IMG/VR virus record: IMGVR_UViG_3300023184_000026
Location: 62,001-126,000 of that record
DNA length: 64,000 nucleotides
Reading direction: 5' to 3' (one strand)
The translations under genes were made by a program, and so were the position numbers. The notes below the pieces were generated by a model. It made no database searches. It saw nothing but the letters and a program-made list of their open reading frames with translations, and was not told where the DNA came from. Of this stretch, positions 1 to 10,806 are shown piece after piece; the first letter of the stretch is position 1, and the number at the start of each line of letters is the position of its first letter.

Positions 1-198
1 CCTACGCACACGCCTACCAGGACAATGACGGCAACCCCGACGACAACTTCGACTCAACTAAATCTATACACCGCCACTCCCACTCCAACCGCATTTCCTA
101 CCAGAACTCCGACTCAAACAATTACAAAAACGCCAACAATAACCCCAACCAAATCCATCACGCCAACAGTCACGCCGACAATCACGGGGTCTGTATAA
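1..198 (+). CDS. C-terminal end of Thr/Pro-rich (mucin-like) protein, 5' truncated
   Basis: Frame 1 reads [16 protein letters not shown]...[25 protein letters not shown] at 196-198. Confidence 0.75.
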   Translation, partial: PTHTPTRTMTATPTTTSTQLNLYTATPTPTAFPTRTPTQTITKTPTITPTKSITPTVTPTITGSV

Positions 199-209
199 TT
201 TTTAAATAT

Positions 210-974
210 ATGATAAAATGGTTACAACAGATATCTGATGATATATCACATGAAGTTTCTATATTGATTCCAACATATAATAATGTGCAATTTTTGGAAG
301 AGTGCATACATTCAATAGTTTCATCATCAAACAAATGTTGCAAATATGAAATATTACTTGGTATAGACAACTGCTACAAAACTCTTCAGCTAATTGATGC
401 AAACACATTGTTTAAAAATAAGAATATAAAAATATATTATTTTCCAAAGAATGTTGGACCTTATATAATTCGTAATTCTCTTGCCAACAAAGCAAAACAT
501 GATAATCTTCTATTTTTCGATTCTGATGATATCATGATGGCCAATACAATACAAACATTGATGGAAAATTTTGAGGGCAAAGAATTGCTTAAATTCAAAT
601 TTTATAATTTTGAAAATAAGAATGGATATAAAACTCAAGATAAACTATCATTATCCGAGATATATGCCCACGCATCATTCTTGATAAAAAAGAATAAGTT
701 TTACAAAATGAATGGATTTTTTGGATGGAAATGTGGAGCAGATGCCGAGTTTGCAGAAAGATACGAAGGGCAAGGCAATAATATCCAACATATGGATGTT
801 CCACTCTTTTATAGAAGATATCATAATAATAATATTACAAGACTGCCAGAAACAGGACTAAATTCCAAGTTGAGAAGCAGATATGGAAAAATCATAATTG
901 AAAACCGAATAAACCAGAAATGGAAAAACCCAAACAAACCAGAATTATTTGCTTCAAATTTAATAATTGTATGA
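210..974 (+). CDS. GT2 glycosyltransferase
   Basis: VSILIPTYN, GPYIIRN, FFDSDD (DxD) motifs. Confidence 0.85.
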   Translation: MIKWLQQISDDISHEVSILIPTYNNVQFLEECIHSIVSSSNKCCKYEILLGIDNCYKTLQLIDANTLFKNKNIKIYYFPKNVGPYIIRNSLANKAKHDNLLFFDSDDIMMANTIQTLMENFEGKELLKFKFYNFENKNGYKTQDKLSLSEIYAHASFLIKKNKFYKMNGFFGWKCGADAEFAERYEGQGNNIQHMDVPLFYRRYHNNNITRLPETGLNSKLRSRYGKIIIENRINQKWKNPNKPELFASNLIIV

Positions 975-2071
975 ATGATTACGAATTGAATGAAGATATG
1001 CATCAATATCCTATTCGACCAAATTTGGAATTGGATTTGTGCAGTCAAATCTCTGAAGAGGATATCACTGTAATTTTACCAACAATGAACCCACCGACGG
1101 ATAATATTCACAGTTTTAGTAAAGAAAAAGATATGGCGATCATTACATGTTATTTTAATTGGTGTGGATTTATGAATCCAACGAGAAATTTTCACCGATT
1201 TTTGCGAGAAATGAAAAAGAATGATATACCAGTGTTTGGAGTGGAATTGTCAATAACAGACAATTTTGAAACAACCGGAATGTGCGGATGGTCACAACTC
1301 AAAGTTAAGAGAGAGAATGTGTGTTTTCAAAAAGAAGCATGTCTAAATTTGGTTGAAAAGAAAGTACCTGAACAATATACAAAAATTGCTTGGATTGATT
1401 GCGACTTGATATTCTTGAATGACAATTGGTATCACCAAGCATCCAAAAAATTGGATAAACACAAGCTAATACAATTATATACCCATGGATATAATACAGA
1501 CAAGTATGGTAGAACAGTGTTAGAATTTCCAAGTATCATGTATATGCGTGATAGAGTTCCGCACAGCGAGTGGGTAAAACATTCTGGTTATCCCGGTGGT
1601 GCATGGGCAGCAAGAAGAGAGTTGTGGAAACATGGTGGGTTATATCCATACGCTGTTATGGGAGGAGGAGACACTGTGTTTATATACTCAATGTATGATC
1701 ACAGTTTTGAAAAAAGTGCACATGAAAACATCGGAATAAAAAAGAACGCGGAGTCCAGTATCTATACGAGTTGGAAGAAGTCGGTTAATTCTTACGTTGG
1801 GAGAGATATTTCTTACATAGAAAACAAGTTTTTGCACGAATGGCACGGTGACAAGAAAAATCGTAATTATATAGATCGACACACAATTCTAAAGAATATT
1901 GATATAAAAAAGCAAGTTAAACTCAATGCTCGTGGTATAATAGAATTTTATAACATTACCGATTCCACTATTTACGATGAAATTTATAATTATTTTCTGG
2001 AACGAGACGAAGATGGTTTGTCAGATACTTTTAAAGATATGTTAACTATAAAATATAATAAAATTGCATGA
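971..2071 (+). CDS. Putative glycosyltransferase (GT-A-like)
   Basis: FQKEACLN, WIDCD (DxD), HEWHG motifs; ATG 971 overlaps upstream stop. Confidence 0.55.
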   Translation: MNDYELNEDMHQYPIRPNLELDLCSQISEEDITVILPTMNPPTDNIHSFSKEKDMAIITCYFNWCGFMNPTRNFHRFLREMKKNDIPVFGVELSITDNFETTGMCGWSQLKVKRENVCFQKEACLNLVEKKVPEQYTKIAWIDCDLIFLNDNWYHQASKKLDKHKLIQLYTHGYNTDKYGRTVLEFPSIMYMRDRVPHSEWVKHSGYPGGAWAARRELWKHGGLYPYAVMGGGDTVFIYSMYDHSFEKSAHENIGIKKNAESSIYTSWKKSVNSYVGRDISYIENKFLHEWHGDKKNRNYIDRHTILKNIDIKKQVKLNARGIIEFYNITDSTIYDEIYNYFLERDEDGLSDTFKDMLTIKYNKIA

Positions 2072-2769
2072 AACATAAAACTTTGATAATTGGTTATGGT
2101 GAAATTGGACTGGCACTAAAAACGGTGTTGACCAAGGTTTATGATATTCATATAAGAGATATAAAATTAATACCAAAAATCAATTCGGCACATGTTATGC
2201 ACATATGTTTTCCATACAACAATAAGTTTATTCGAGAGGTAAAGAAGTATCAAAAATGGTATAAGCCAAAATACACCATCATTCATAGTACTGTTCCTAT
2301 GGGGACTTCTAATAAATGCGGTGCCTATTATTCTCCGGTAAGAGGCATACATCCACACTTGGAAGAAAGTCTAAAGACCTTTGTAAAATACTTTGCGCCA
2401 AAAAATAGATATCTCAAAAAATATTTTACTGATGCTGGTATACCTATTGAAGAGGTTGATAAACGTGAAACACTTGAGGTTATGAAGCTATATTGCACAA
2501 CGTTGTATGGTTTAAATATCATTGCCGAAAAAGAGATATGGAAATATTGCAAGAAGCACAATTTGGATTTTGATGTGGTATATACCAAGTGTAATCAAAC
2601 TTACAATGAAGGATACAAGAAGTTGGGATTTCCCCAATTTAACAAATATATTCTTGAGCATCGAGACGGTAATATAGGTGGACATTGTATTATACCAAAT
2701 TGCCAATTATTGAACACCGATGTTGCCAAGTTTATTTTGGAGAAAAACAAAAATATTAATATCATATGA
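2068..2769 (+). CDS. UDP-glucose/GDP-mannose dehydrogenase-like protein (short form)
   Basis: Rossmann IIGYGEIG, HSTVP.GT, SPVRG, catalytic GGHCI; lacks the C-terminal domain. Confidence 0.7.
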   Translation: MKHKTLIIGYGEIGLALKTVLTKVYDIHIRDIKLIPKINSAHVMHICFPYNNKFIREVKKYQKWYKPKYTIIHSTVPMGTSNKCGAYYSPVRGIHPHLEESLKTFVKYFAPKNRYLKKYFTDAGIPIEEVDKRETLEVMKLYCTTLYGLNIIAEKEIWKYCKKHNLDFDVVYTKCNQTYNEGYKKLGFPQFNKYILEHRDGNIGGHCIIPNCQLLNTDVAKFILEKNKNINII

Positions 2770-3374
2770 GCTATTTTAAAATGAGTTGGGTTGATGAATA
2801 CATCAAATTTAAAAAAGACAAAATATTTTTTGACGTTGGAAGCTATAATGGAAACGATGGAATCGGGTTCAAAACGGCATACCCAGAATCCAGAGTTGTT
2901 TCCATCGAAGCTGATAAAATATTGTTCAACAAAATGAAAGACAATAAAAAACTTGAAGGTATAGAAGTTATTCACGCGGCGGCGTGTGATATGGACGGAC
3001 GCGTTCAGTTTTATTCTCCGGTTGGGTTTAGAAGAGGAATTGGATCAATAAACAAGCCAACAATTCACATGAATAAAATTCATGGAGCCGAATTTCGGGG
3101 CTCTGTGGAAGTTGATGGAATGAGAATTGATACAATATGCAGTAAATTGGGAATCTCCGACATTTCTGTATTGCACATGGACATTCAAACAGGAGAATAT
3201 CTTGCCCTGTCTGGACTGGGAAAAATGAGGCCGGAGATTATTTTCTTGGAAGACGGTGGACACAGATTGTATGAGAATTCCAAGAATACATCACCTCTTT
3301 TAATTGAAATGGGATATAAAAATATTCCAATAACGGAGATTACACTTGGGGACAAACTTTGGATAAAAATATGA
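2766..3374 (+). CDS. FkbM-family methyltransferase
   Basis: FFDVGSYNG, SIEAD, LHMDIQTGE. Confidence 0.8.
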   Translation: MSYFKMSWVDEYIKFKKDKIFFDVGSYNGNDGIGFKTAYPESRVVSIEADKILFNKMKDNKKLEGIEVIHAAACDMDGRVQFYSPVGFRRGIGSINKPTIHMNKIHGAEFRGSVEVDGMRIDTICSKLGISDISVLHMDIQTGEYLALSGLGKMRPEIIFLEDGGHRLYENSKNTSPLLIEMGYKNIPITEITLGDKLWIKI

Positions 3375-5227
3375 GCACTCCGTTGAAAATCCATGTATCG
3401 GAACGAGCGAATTTAAACATGTCCATGTTTAACCAAAAATATGGAGTGAAATTGGTGAAAAACCCAACAGAAGCAGACTTCATCATTTCTCAATCAACCA
3501 TAAAGTATCCAGACTTGATGCACAAAACGGTGTATATTGCAGCCGAACCTCCTCGCACAAAACACAGACAATGGTGTTATAATAATTTTGACAACATGAT
3601 GTTAGTCGTGGTCTATAATCCAGACCCAACAAAGCCAAATCAAATTTCATTTCAACCAAATGATGAAGCTCAATGGTATCCTACCAGAGCCGATCCATAT
3701 CCATATACGACGAGAACAAATACTAAGATGACTACTCGTGGAGTGTTTTTTGCCGGTACAATAAGTGAAACTAAATCATTGAGAGGAGCGAAGCTGCCGG
3801 ATAACGCAAAAAGCATCACTCATTTGCGCAAAACGATGGGAGAATATTTTCTAAAACATCATGAAGGAAGCGTTGCAATGGGAATTGGTTGGAATAGCCA
3901 GTCGGATAAAGTTTCCGATTGGAGAGCGGAAAAGTGGAAGTTGATAAAAAATCCAAACATAGATTTTGTACTGGCACTTGAAAACACAATACAATCAAAC
4001 TATTTGTCGGAGAAGTTGTGGGATGGAATTGCGTGTGACAAAGTTACATTGTATTTGGGCGATCCGAGAATAGAACATCACATTCCTACAAACTGTTTTA
4101 TAGATTTGCGAGACTACTATAATTCAGAAACTGACGAAATTGATATGGAATCTGTAAGTCACAGACTAAAAACAATATCACAAGCTGAGTACAATATTAT
4201 TATTGCCAATGCAAGAAAGATCAGAAAAATTGCAAGTGGAAAATATCAAGAATATTGTATTCTGATGACGGCGAAAATTTTTGACATTCTGAAAAGTAAA
4301 AAAGCCAAGAGCGAAAGCACTTCGCAAATCACGGATGAATACTTGCGGGGAGTAAGAGACTGTAAGAGAATATATTCTATCATGAGTCCGGTGTTGTTTG
4401 ACATATCTCCGGAAGTAAACAGATTGGTCGTGAAATGCTTAAAGGGTGACGGAGAATTTTATAGCTTGCTTGGACAGCAAGTTCAACATTTGATACGCAT
4501 TCAAAATGCAAGTCATCCGCTTGATCAACTTGATATAAAAATTGACGGTTCTTCCACGTGGTCCTTTTACAAGGATGATGTTTCTGCCGATTTGTACGAA
4601 TTACTGTTTTGTCCAGATTATTCTGTGAAAGTGGAGTTTCCATATACCGGACAAGGAGTGAATAGCAAAGGTTTGGTGTTCAAGCAAGTAAAATTGAACC
4701 CACTCAATTTGATGCTGAATCGGTATTTTTCCATGTCCGATGTTCAAAAGAGGCACTATGATTACATCATAAGCAAATATAGCATTGATGTGAACAATAC
4801 AATAGGCGTGTGCTACACGGGAACAGATAAGTTCAAAGAAGTTATTTTGGCGGAACCAACAAAATACATAGAAGTTGTTCAGAAAATACTCAACGCCAAT
4901 CCAAACATGAAAGTGCTTATCCAAACCGACTGGACTCAAGTAAAACAATTGTTTATTTCGATGTTCAAAGAACGATGCTTTTTCATTTCGGAAATTCCAA
5001 CCACAGAAACAGATGGTGAAATTCATAAAATATTACCAACTGAATGCAGATTAGAGTTTGTCAAGACACTCGATGTATCAGTGAGAATATTGTCGCGGTG
5101 TAAGTATATAGTAAATTGCAGCAGTGATGTTGCGTGGACCATAGCAGGATACAGAGGAAATTCGCATGGAATGTGGCAATTTGATTATGAAGGAACTTTG
5201 TTTGAACCAGACAATTGCAATATATGA
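3371..5227 (+). CDS. Fusion: GT10 fucosyltransferase-like + NodZ/GT23-like domain
   Basis: FVLALENT..NYLSEKLWD (GT10 motif); IGVCYTGTDK resembles NodZ GVHYRGTDK. Confidence 0.6.
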   Translation: MSTPLKIHVSERANLNMSMFNQKYGVKLVKNPTEADFIISQSTIKYPDLMHKTVYIAAEPPRTKHRQWCYNNFDNMMLVVVYNPDPTKPNQISFQPNDEAQWYPTRADPYPYTTRTNTKMTTRGVFFAGTISETKSLRGAKLPDNAKSITHLRKTMGEYFLKHHEGSVAMGIGWNSQSDKVSDWRAEKWKLIKNPNIDFVLALENTIQSNYLSEKLWDGIACDKVTLYLGDPRIEHHIPTNCFIDLRDYYNSETDEIDMESVSHRLKTISQAEYNIIIANARKIRKIASGKYQEYCILMTAKIFDILKSKKAKSESTSQITDEYLRGVRDCKRIYSIMSPVLFDISPEVNRLVVKCLKGDGEFYSLLGQQVQHLIRIQNASHPLDQLDIKIDGSSTWSFYKDDVSADLYELLFCPDYSVKVEFPYTGQGVNSKGLVFKQVKLNPLNLMLNRYFSMSDVQKRHYDYIISKYSIDVNNTIGVCYTGTDKFKEVILAEPTKYIEVVQKILNANPNMKVLIQTDWTQVKQLFISMFKERCFFISEIPTTETDGEIHKILPTECRLEFVKTLDVSVRILSRCKYIVNCSSDVAWTIAGYRGNSHGMWQFDYEGTLFEPDNCNI

Positions 5228-5937
5228 AAACTACCAATTACTTAGCAAAATTCAAGAAAAACAATACATCTCAATGTGGAGAAGATGGTGTTATTGAAGA
5301 GATACTGCGAATGTTGAACATAAACGGTGGAGCGGTTATTGATATTGGAGCATCTGATGGAAAGTGGTATAGTAATACGTTTTCATTATTGCAAAGAGGA
5401 TTTGATGTTTATGCAATAGAGGCGAGCAACAATGCAAAAAAGATGATCGTTTTACAAAAAGAATATCCCAATCTTCATCCGATACAAGCAAGAGTGTGTG
5501 TTGACAAAAATTCTCCAAACCATATCAACAACATACTAAACACGTTGCAGGTTCCAATGGAAGTTGAGTTTATGAGTTTAGATATCGATTCCATCGACCC
5601 GTGGGTGTTGCAAGACATAAACAGAAGTCCGAAGTTTTTTGTGACCGAAATTGAGCCTCGATACTATCCATTGGATGATATATGGCACAATATAGATGGA
5701 AATCGAATAACAAATCCTCCACAAAACTTGACCGGATTTGGACCAATGTACAAAGTGGCAAAAGCCAAAGGATATATTTTGGTCGGTCAAACTTCACAAA
5801 ACTTGTTCTTCTTACGAAATGACCTTATCGAAAAACTAAATTGTCCAGAAATAACTTCTGTACACGAGTTGGCTAATTTCGATCCAAGTTACTTGAAAAA
5901 AGAAGACAAGAAACACTGGGCAGAATATACACCATAA
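5224..5937 (+). CDS. FkbM-like methyltransferase
   Basis: SQCGEDGVI, DIGASDG..SNT, SLDIDS. Confidence 0.75.
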   Translation: MKTTNYLAKFKKNNTSQCGEDGVIEEILRMLNINGGAVIDIGASDGKWYSNTFSLLQRGFDVYAIEASNNAKKMIVLQKEYPNLHPIQARVCVDKNSPNHINNILNTLQVPMEVEFMSLDIDSIDPWVLQDINRSPKFFVTEIEPRYYPLDDIWHNIDGNRITNPPQNLTGFGPMYKVAKAKGYILVGQTSQNLFFLRNDLIEKLNCPEITSVHELANFDPSYLKKEDKKHWAEYTP

Positions 5938-5947
5938 AAACAACTAT

Positions 5948-6982
5948 ATGATCTGGAAACAAAACAAAAATCGAATAACAGTAACATCAGAAGAAGGAAT
6001 CTTCTATTTCAACATGCCAGTATACTTCAAGCTGAATGAAGTACACCCAGACTTGTTTAGATTGGCCGAATTGGTATTGTTCAATCCTTGGTATAAGGAC
6101 TTGAAGCAACATAAATTTACCAGAACAAAAGGAAAAAAGATTGGACTGGCTTTCAGTGGAGGTGCCGATTCAATGGCCGCTCAATGTTTGCTGCCAAAAG
6201 ATGACACAATATTGTTTTATCACAAACGAGTTGGTAATCTTGGAAAACTTGCAACTCAAGATAATCCGTTGTATGTGTTTGATATAAACAAACTAGATGT
6301 AAACATATTTGAATCTAATCACGAACAAATTCGTACACATCATGGAAAGAATATAGGATTTAGTACGGATTTGGCGTTGGCGGCAGCGGGCATATTGATG
6401 GCAGACTATTGGAATCTTGGTTATATTGCAACAGGAACAATGCTTGAGTCCACGTTCTTGTATAGAGGCTATAAATATAGAGATTTTTCTCAAGTAGAAT
6501 TTTGGAGATTCTGGTTCAATACTTTTCAGCAAGCTGGACTAGAATTGTTTTGGCCGGTCATGCCATGTTCAGAATTTTTGACTCAGAAAATTTTGACAGC
6601 AAATGGTAGAACTTCTATTTCGTGTCTAAGAGGTAGACAAGAACCCTGCGGTAAGTGTTATAAATGCTTTCGTAAATTATCAATTGCCGGAATACAACCC
6701 GAACTTCATCCAGAAAGCTATAAAGTTCTGAATGGAAGACCGTTGAAACAAGCCGCCAGCCTTATTTACGCGATGAACAAATACAACTTGAATATACCGC
6801 CGATTGCGGAATATAAGGATATGAACCTAAGTTGGCTAGAAAACTATTATAAACCTGCCATAGATATGATTCCGGTTGAATACAGAGACTATCTAACAGC
6901 CGAGTTGGACAAGTACACAACCCCAATAACGGGAAATGAAATTGAAAAATTCAATATAGAAGGCGTACCTACGGTAAAATAA
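5948..6982 (+). CDS. PP-loop ATP-pyrophosphatase-like protein (QueC-like fold)
   Basis: AFSGGADS PP-loop; SC...CGKCYKC zinc motif. Confidence 0.6.
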   Translation: MIWKQNKNRITVTSEEGIFYFNMPVYFKLNEVHPDLFRLAELVLFNPWYKDLKQHKFTRTKGKKIGLAFSGGADSMAAQCLLPKDDTILFYHKRVGNLGKLATQDNPLYVFDINKLDVNIFESNHEQIRTHHGKNIGFSTDLALAAAGILMADYWNLGYIATGTMLESTFLYRGYKYRDFSQVEFWRFWFNTFQQAGLELFWPVMPCSEFLTQKILTANGRTSISCLRGRQEPCGKCYKCFRKLSIAGIQPELHPESYKVLNGRPLKQAASLIYAMNKYNLNIPPIAEYKDMNLSWLENYYKPAIDMIPVEYRDYLTAELDKYTTPITGNEIEKFNIEGVPTVK

Positions 6983-7021
6983 CTATTGACACAATATAAT
7001 GGTTATAAGAATATTTTTTGT

Positions 7022-7468
7022 ATGAAACCCATCCTCGCAGTCATGGTTGGTATTAGCGGCTCGGGCAAGAGCACATATGCAACTGGCTTAAAAACATCAC
7101 TTAAAGCAGAGTTGGTGGAAACTGATGCAGTTCGTGTGGAACTAACTGGAAACGCCGAAGATCAAAGTCAAAATGGACGAGTATTTGAAGTTGCAAGAAA
7201 GCGTGTAAGTGATTATCTATCACAAGGTAAGAATACTATTATTGATGCCACAAGTCTTAATATCAAAGAACGCAAAGATTGGATTGATATTGGCAAAGCA
7301 AACAATGCTGAAGTGCGAGCATATTTTGTTGATACTCCTGTAAGTGATTGTAAAGCACAGAATAGCAAACGTGAACGCAAAGTACCAGAGTGGGTTATTG
7401 ACAAACAAGCCAGCAAGTTGTTTGGTCCAACAAAGTCAGAAGGTTTTGATAGTGTTGTTACGATTTGA
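7022..7468 (+). CDS. P-loop kinase (AAA_33, polynucleotide-kinase-like)
   Basis: GISGSGKST, IIDAT, R.RKVPE.VI. Confidence 0.8.
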   Translation: MKPILAVMVGISGSGKSTYATGLKTSLKAELVETDAVRVELTGNAEDQSQNGRVFEVARKRVSDYLSQGKNTIIDATSLNIKERKDWIDIGKANNAEVRAYFVDTPVSDCKAQNSKRERKVPEWVIDKQASKLFGPTKSEGFDSVVTI

Positions 7469-7507
7469 TTGTTGACAATATTTGATGGTTCGACCAATAT
7501 AATTGGT

Positions 7508-10018
7508 ATGTATCATGCAATTTATGCAGACCGTAAGACATCAACCATCCATCTATGGGATGACATTCATGGTTATACATCGTTCAAAGATGAACCATAT
7601 GCTTATAGAAAATCTAGGAATGGAAAATATAAATCAATTTTTGGTGATAGTCTTGAAAGAATTACAAAATTTAATTTTCGCGATCCTAGTTTATTTTCGT
7701 CTGATATACCAGTAGATACCAGAGTTCTTATTGATGCATATGCTGATAGTGATGAAGTTAGTATAAATCATCGCAGAGCATATATTGACATCGAAGTTGA
7801 TTCAGTTGGTGGCTATCCAAACATCGAAGACCCAATCAAAGAAGTAACTGCTATTGCTTTGCTTGATGAATCTAAAGACACATATTATTGTTTTATATTG
7901 GACAAAGATGGTGTGGTACAAAACGAAAATAAAGACAACACCATCATTTTGCCATATCTAAATGAAGAAGATTTGCTTGTTGCATTCTTAAAAAAGTGGG
8001 ATGAAGTTAAGCCAACTATTGTAAGTGGCTGGAACATTGATGGATTTGACTTTCCATATCTACATGCTCGTTTGGTTAGAGTATTGGGTGAAGAAGCAGC
8101 AAATGCTTTGAGTCCAATCAATATTTGTTATTTCAATAAATATAAAAACAAGATGACGATTGCTGGTGTTAATGCACTAGATTATCTTGTATTATATAAG
8201 AAATATAGCGGCAAGAATTTAACCAATTATCGACTAGATACAGTTGCTAAAGAAGAACTAAAAATTGGTAAGATTGAATATGAAGGTTCATTGAACGACC
8301 TCATGAAGAGTGATATAAAGAAGTTCATCGAATATAATCTTCATGATATTATTCTGGTCAAGAAAATGAATGACCAACTTCAATTTATTGAGTTGGCAAT
8401 GAGCATATGTCACGTTTGTCATGTGGGCTATGAAGAGTTTGGTATGTCTTCCAAGTTTCTTGAAGGTGCTTTGCTCACATATCTGCGTCGCAAGAAGTTG
8501 ATTGCTCCAAACAAAAAATTGAAATTAGACGTTGTGGATAGAGATGATGATTTGGCTGACGATGTTGGGTTTGAGGGTGCGTATGTAAAAGATCCTGTGC
8601 CTGGTCGTTATGATTGGGTATGTTCGGCTGACATCAACTCTCTGTATCCATCTGTGATCATGAGTCTCAACATTAGTCCAGAAACTAAAGTGGGCATAAT
8701 CAAAGATTGGGATAGTGAAAAGTTGGTCAAAAAATCCAGTGATAAAATCGCATTTGATAATGAAGTTTATACATATGAAGATTTTGGTAAAATCATTGTA
8801 GATAATAATCTATCAGTTAGTGCAAATGGAATTGTATATGACCAAAGTAAACTTGGTTGTATTCCAGACATTCTCAAGACATGGTTTGCCGAGCGTGTAG
8901 AATATAAAACCAAGATGAAAGATGCCAGCACGCGCAAAGACAAAGAACAATATGTTTTTTGGAAGCGTCGTCAACATGTACAAAAGATTTTGCTCAACTC
9001 TTTGTATGGTGTGCTGGGTTTGAGCATATTTCGTTTTTACGACTTGGACAATGCTGCTGCGGTGACATTGACTGGTCAAGAAATCATCAAGACCAGTGCC
9101 AAGTATGTGAATGGTAAGTTCAACAAGCGTTGCAGCACCAAAGATAAAGATTATGTTATTTACATAGACACTGACTCTTTATATTTGGACATAAAGTCCT
9201 TGGCTGATCATGAAAAGATTGAAGATATAAAACCATTTGCAATCAAGATGATTGGAACCGTGTCAGATGAACTTAACGATTTCTATAAAGTTATGATGGT
9301 GCGTATGTTCAACAGCACCGACAATCGCATAAAAATCGCAGCTGATGTTGTAGCACAATCTGCTTTTTGGGTTGTTAAAAAGCGTTATGCTATGCGTAAG
9401 GTATACAACATGGAAGAAAGCAAAGACGTGGATGAAATTGAAATCAAAGGTCTGGATGTTGTTCGTTCATCATATCCAAAGAAGTTTCGTGATTTCATGA
9501 AAGGTATTTTGACAGATATTCTACAAGGTACTCCAAACAAAATAGTCAATGCCAAGATTGTAACTTTCAAAGATACAATGAAAGACTTTGAACTGGAAGA
9601 CATTGCCAAGAACACATCGGTCAAGTTTATATCCAACACAGAAGCCAAAATAAACTTTGATCCAAAAGATCGCCAACCATTCAACTTTGAAGGCGGATCA
9701 ACTGCTCAATGTAAAGCAGCATTGGCATATAATGATATGCTACGCAAATATGAACTAAATGATACAGAACCTATTTTACATGGTGGTAAAATTAAGTGGG
9801 TATATCTCAAAGAAAATCCATTTGGTTTGAGTGGCATAGCATTCAAGGACGATGGCAAAGATCCCAAAGTTATTATGGATTTTATTCATAAATACATTCA
9901 TCGCACCAAGATTTGGGATGCTGAACTTGAAGGCAAACTAACAGATTTTTACACCGCCATGAGATGGGATATGTATAGTGAAAATAATGCAGTGATTGAA
10001 CAGTTTTTTAGTTTCTAA
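7508..10018 (+). CDS. Family B DNA polymerase (T4 gp43-like)
   Basis: DIEVD exo I, GWNIDGFDFPY, DINSLYPS, KILLNSLYG, YIDTDS. Confidence 0.97.
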   Translation: MYHAIYADRKTSTIHLWDDIHGYTSFKDEPYAYRKSRNGKYKSIFGDSLERITKFNFRDPSLFSSDIPVDTRVLIDAYADSDEVSINHRRAYIDIEVDSVGGYPNIEDPIKEVTAIALLDESKDTYYCFILDKDGVVQNENKDNTIILPYLNEEDLLVAFLKKWDEVKPTIVSGWNIDGFDFPYLHARLVRVLGEEAANALSPINICYFNKYKNKMTIAGVNALDYLVLYKKYSGKNLTNYRLDTVAKEELKIGKIEYEGSLNDLMKSDIKKFIEYNLHDIILVKKMNDQLQFIELAMSICHVCHVGYEEFGMSSKFLEGALLTYLRRKKLIAPNKKLKLDVVDRDDDLADDVGFEGAYVKDPVPGRYDWVCSADINSLYPSVIMSLNISPETKVGIIKDWDSEKLVKKSSDKIAFDNEVYTYEDFGKIIVDNNLSVSANGIVYDQSKLGCIPDILKTWFAERVEYKTKMKDASTRKDKEQYVFWKRRQHVQKILLNSLYGVLGLSIFRFYDLDNAAAVTLTGQEIIKTSAKYVNGKFNKRCSTKDKDYVIYIDTDSLYLDIKSLADHEKIEDIKPFAIKMIGTVSDELNDFYKVMMVRMFNSTDNRIKIAADVVAQSAFWVVKKRYAMRKVYNMEESKDVDEIEIKGLDVVRSSYPKKFRDFMKGILTDILQGTPNKIVNAKIVTFKDTMKDFELEDIAKNTSVKFISNTEAKINFDPKDRQPFNFEGGSTAQCKAALAYNDMLRKYELNDTEPILHGGKIKWVYLKENPFGLSGIAFKDDGKDPKVIMDFIHKYIHRTKIWDAELEGKLTDFYTAMRWDMYSENNAVIEQFFSF

Positions 10019-10065
10019 TATGCTATTGACAAATACCAAATAATCGGACAATATAATAACCTACA

Positions 10066-10794
10066 ATGAATAAATCAAATCTAATTAAATTTATCGAGCT
10101 TTATAATCTTAACGGTACAGTTGAGCGCGTAAAGCTTGAAGCAGATGGCAAGAACATCAAAACCAATATTGTTACAGAAGATAAAACATTGGCGGGTAAC
10201 ATATCATTCAATGGCATTGCTTTGGAAAAAGGTGAGTATGGTATTCATGATACTGCTCAATTCAAGAAGATGTTGAGTATCTTGGATGAAGAAGTAGAAA
10301 TGTCAGTGAATAAAGTAGATGATCGTGCGGTTAGTTTGACTGTTGCGGATAAAAATACAGAGTCATTGATTATTCTGGCTAATATGTCAGTTATTCCCAA
10401 GACGCCAACTGTGGCAAATCTTGGTGTATTTGATTTGGAGATTGAGTTGGATGATGCTTTTATTGATCGTTTCATCAAAGCCAAAAATGCTTTGCCAGAA
10501 GTTAATACATTTACATTGGGTCTAAACAAGAAAGGCGACAAAGTTGAGTTGATTGTAGGAGACAGCGACAACAACACCAATCGTATCAAACTAGAAGTAA
10601 AGCCAGTGGCGGGCAAAGACAAGCCAGCCAAAGAAATTAGTTTCAATGCCAACTATTTCAAGGAAATTTTGAGCAGAAACCGCGATGTAACTGGTGTAAT
10701 ATATAAGATAAATACAGCGGGCATTAGTCATATCAACTTCAAGACACCAGAATATGAAGCCAATTATTATCTTCTCAAGACCGCAAAATCCTAA
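10066..10794 (+). CDS. Sliding clamp (gp45-like)
   Basis: 242 aa, between polymerase and clamp loader; YGIHD..QF and C-terminal YYL patterns. Confidence 0.7.
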   Translation: MNKSNLIKFIELYNLNGTVERVKLEADGKNIKTNIVTEDKTLAGNISFNGIALEKGEYGIHDTAQFKKMLSILDEEVEMSVNKVDDRAVSLTVADKNTESLIILANMSVIPKTPTVANLGVFDLEIELDDAFIDRFIKAKNALPEVNTFTLGLNKKGDKVELIVGDSDNNTNRIKLEVKPVAGKDKPAKEISFNANYFKEILSRNRDVTGVIYKINTAGISHINFKTPEYEANYYLLKTAKS

Positions 10795-10806
10795 AAATAA
10801 ACAATT

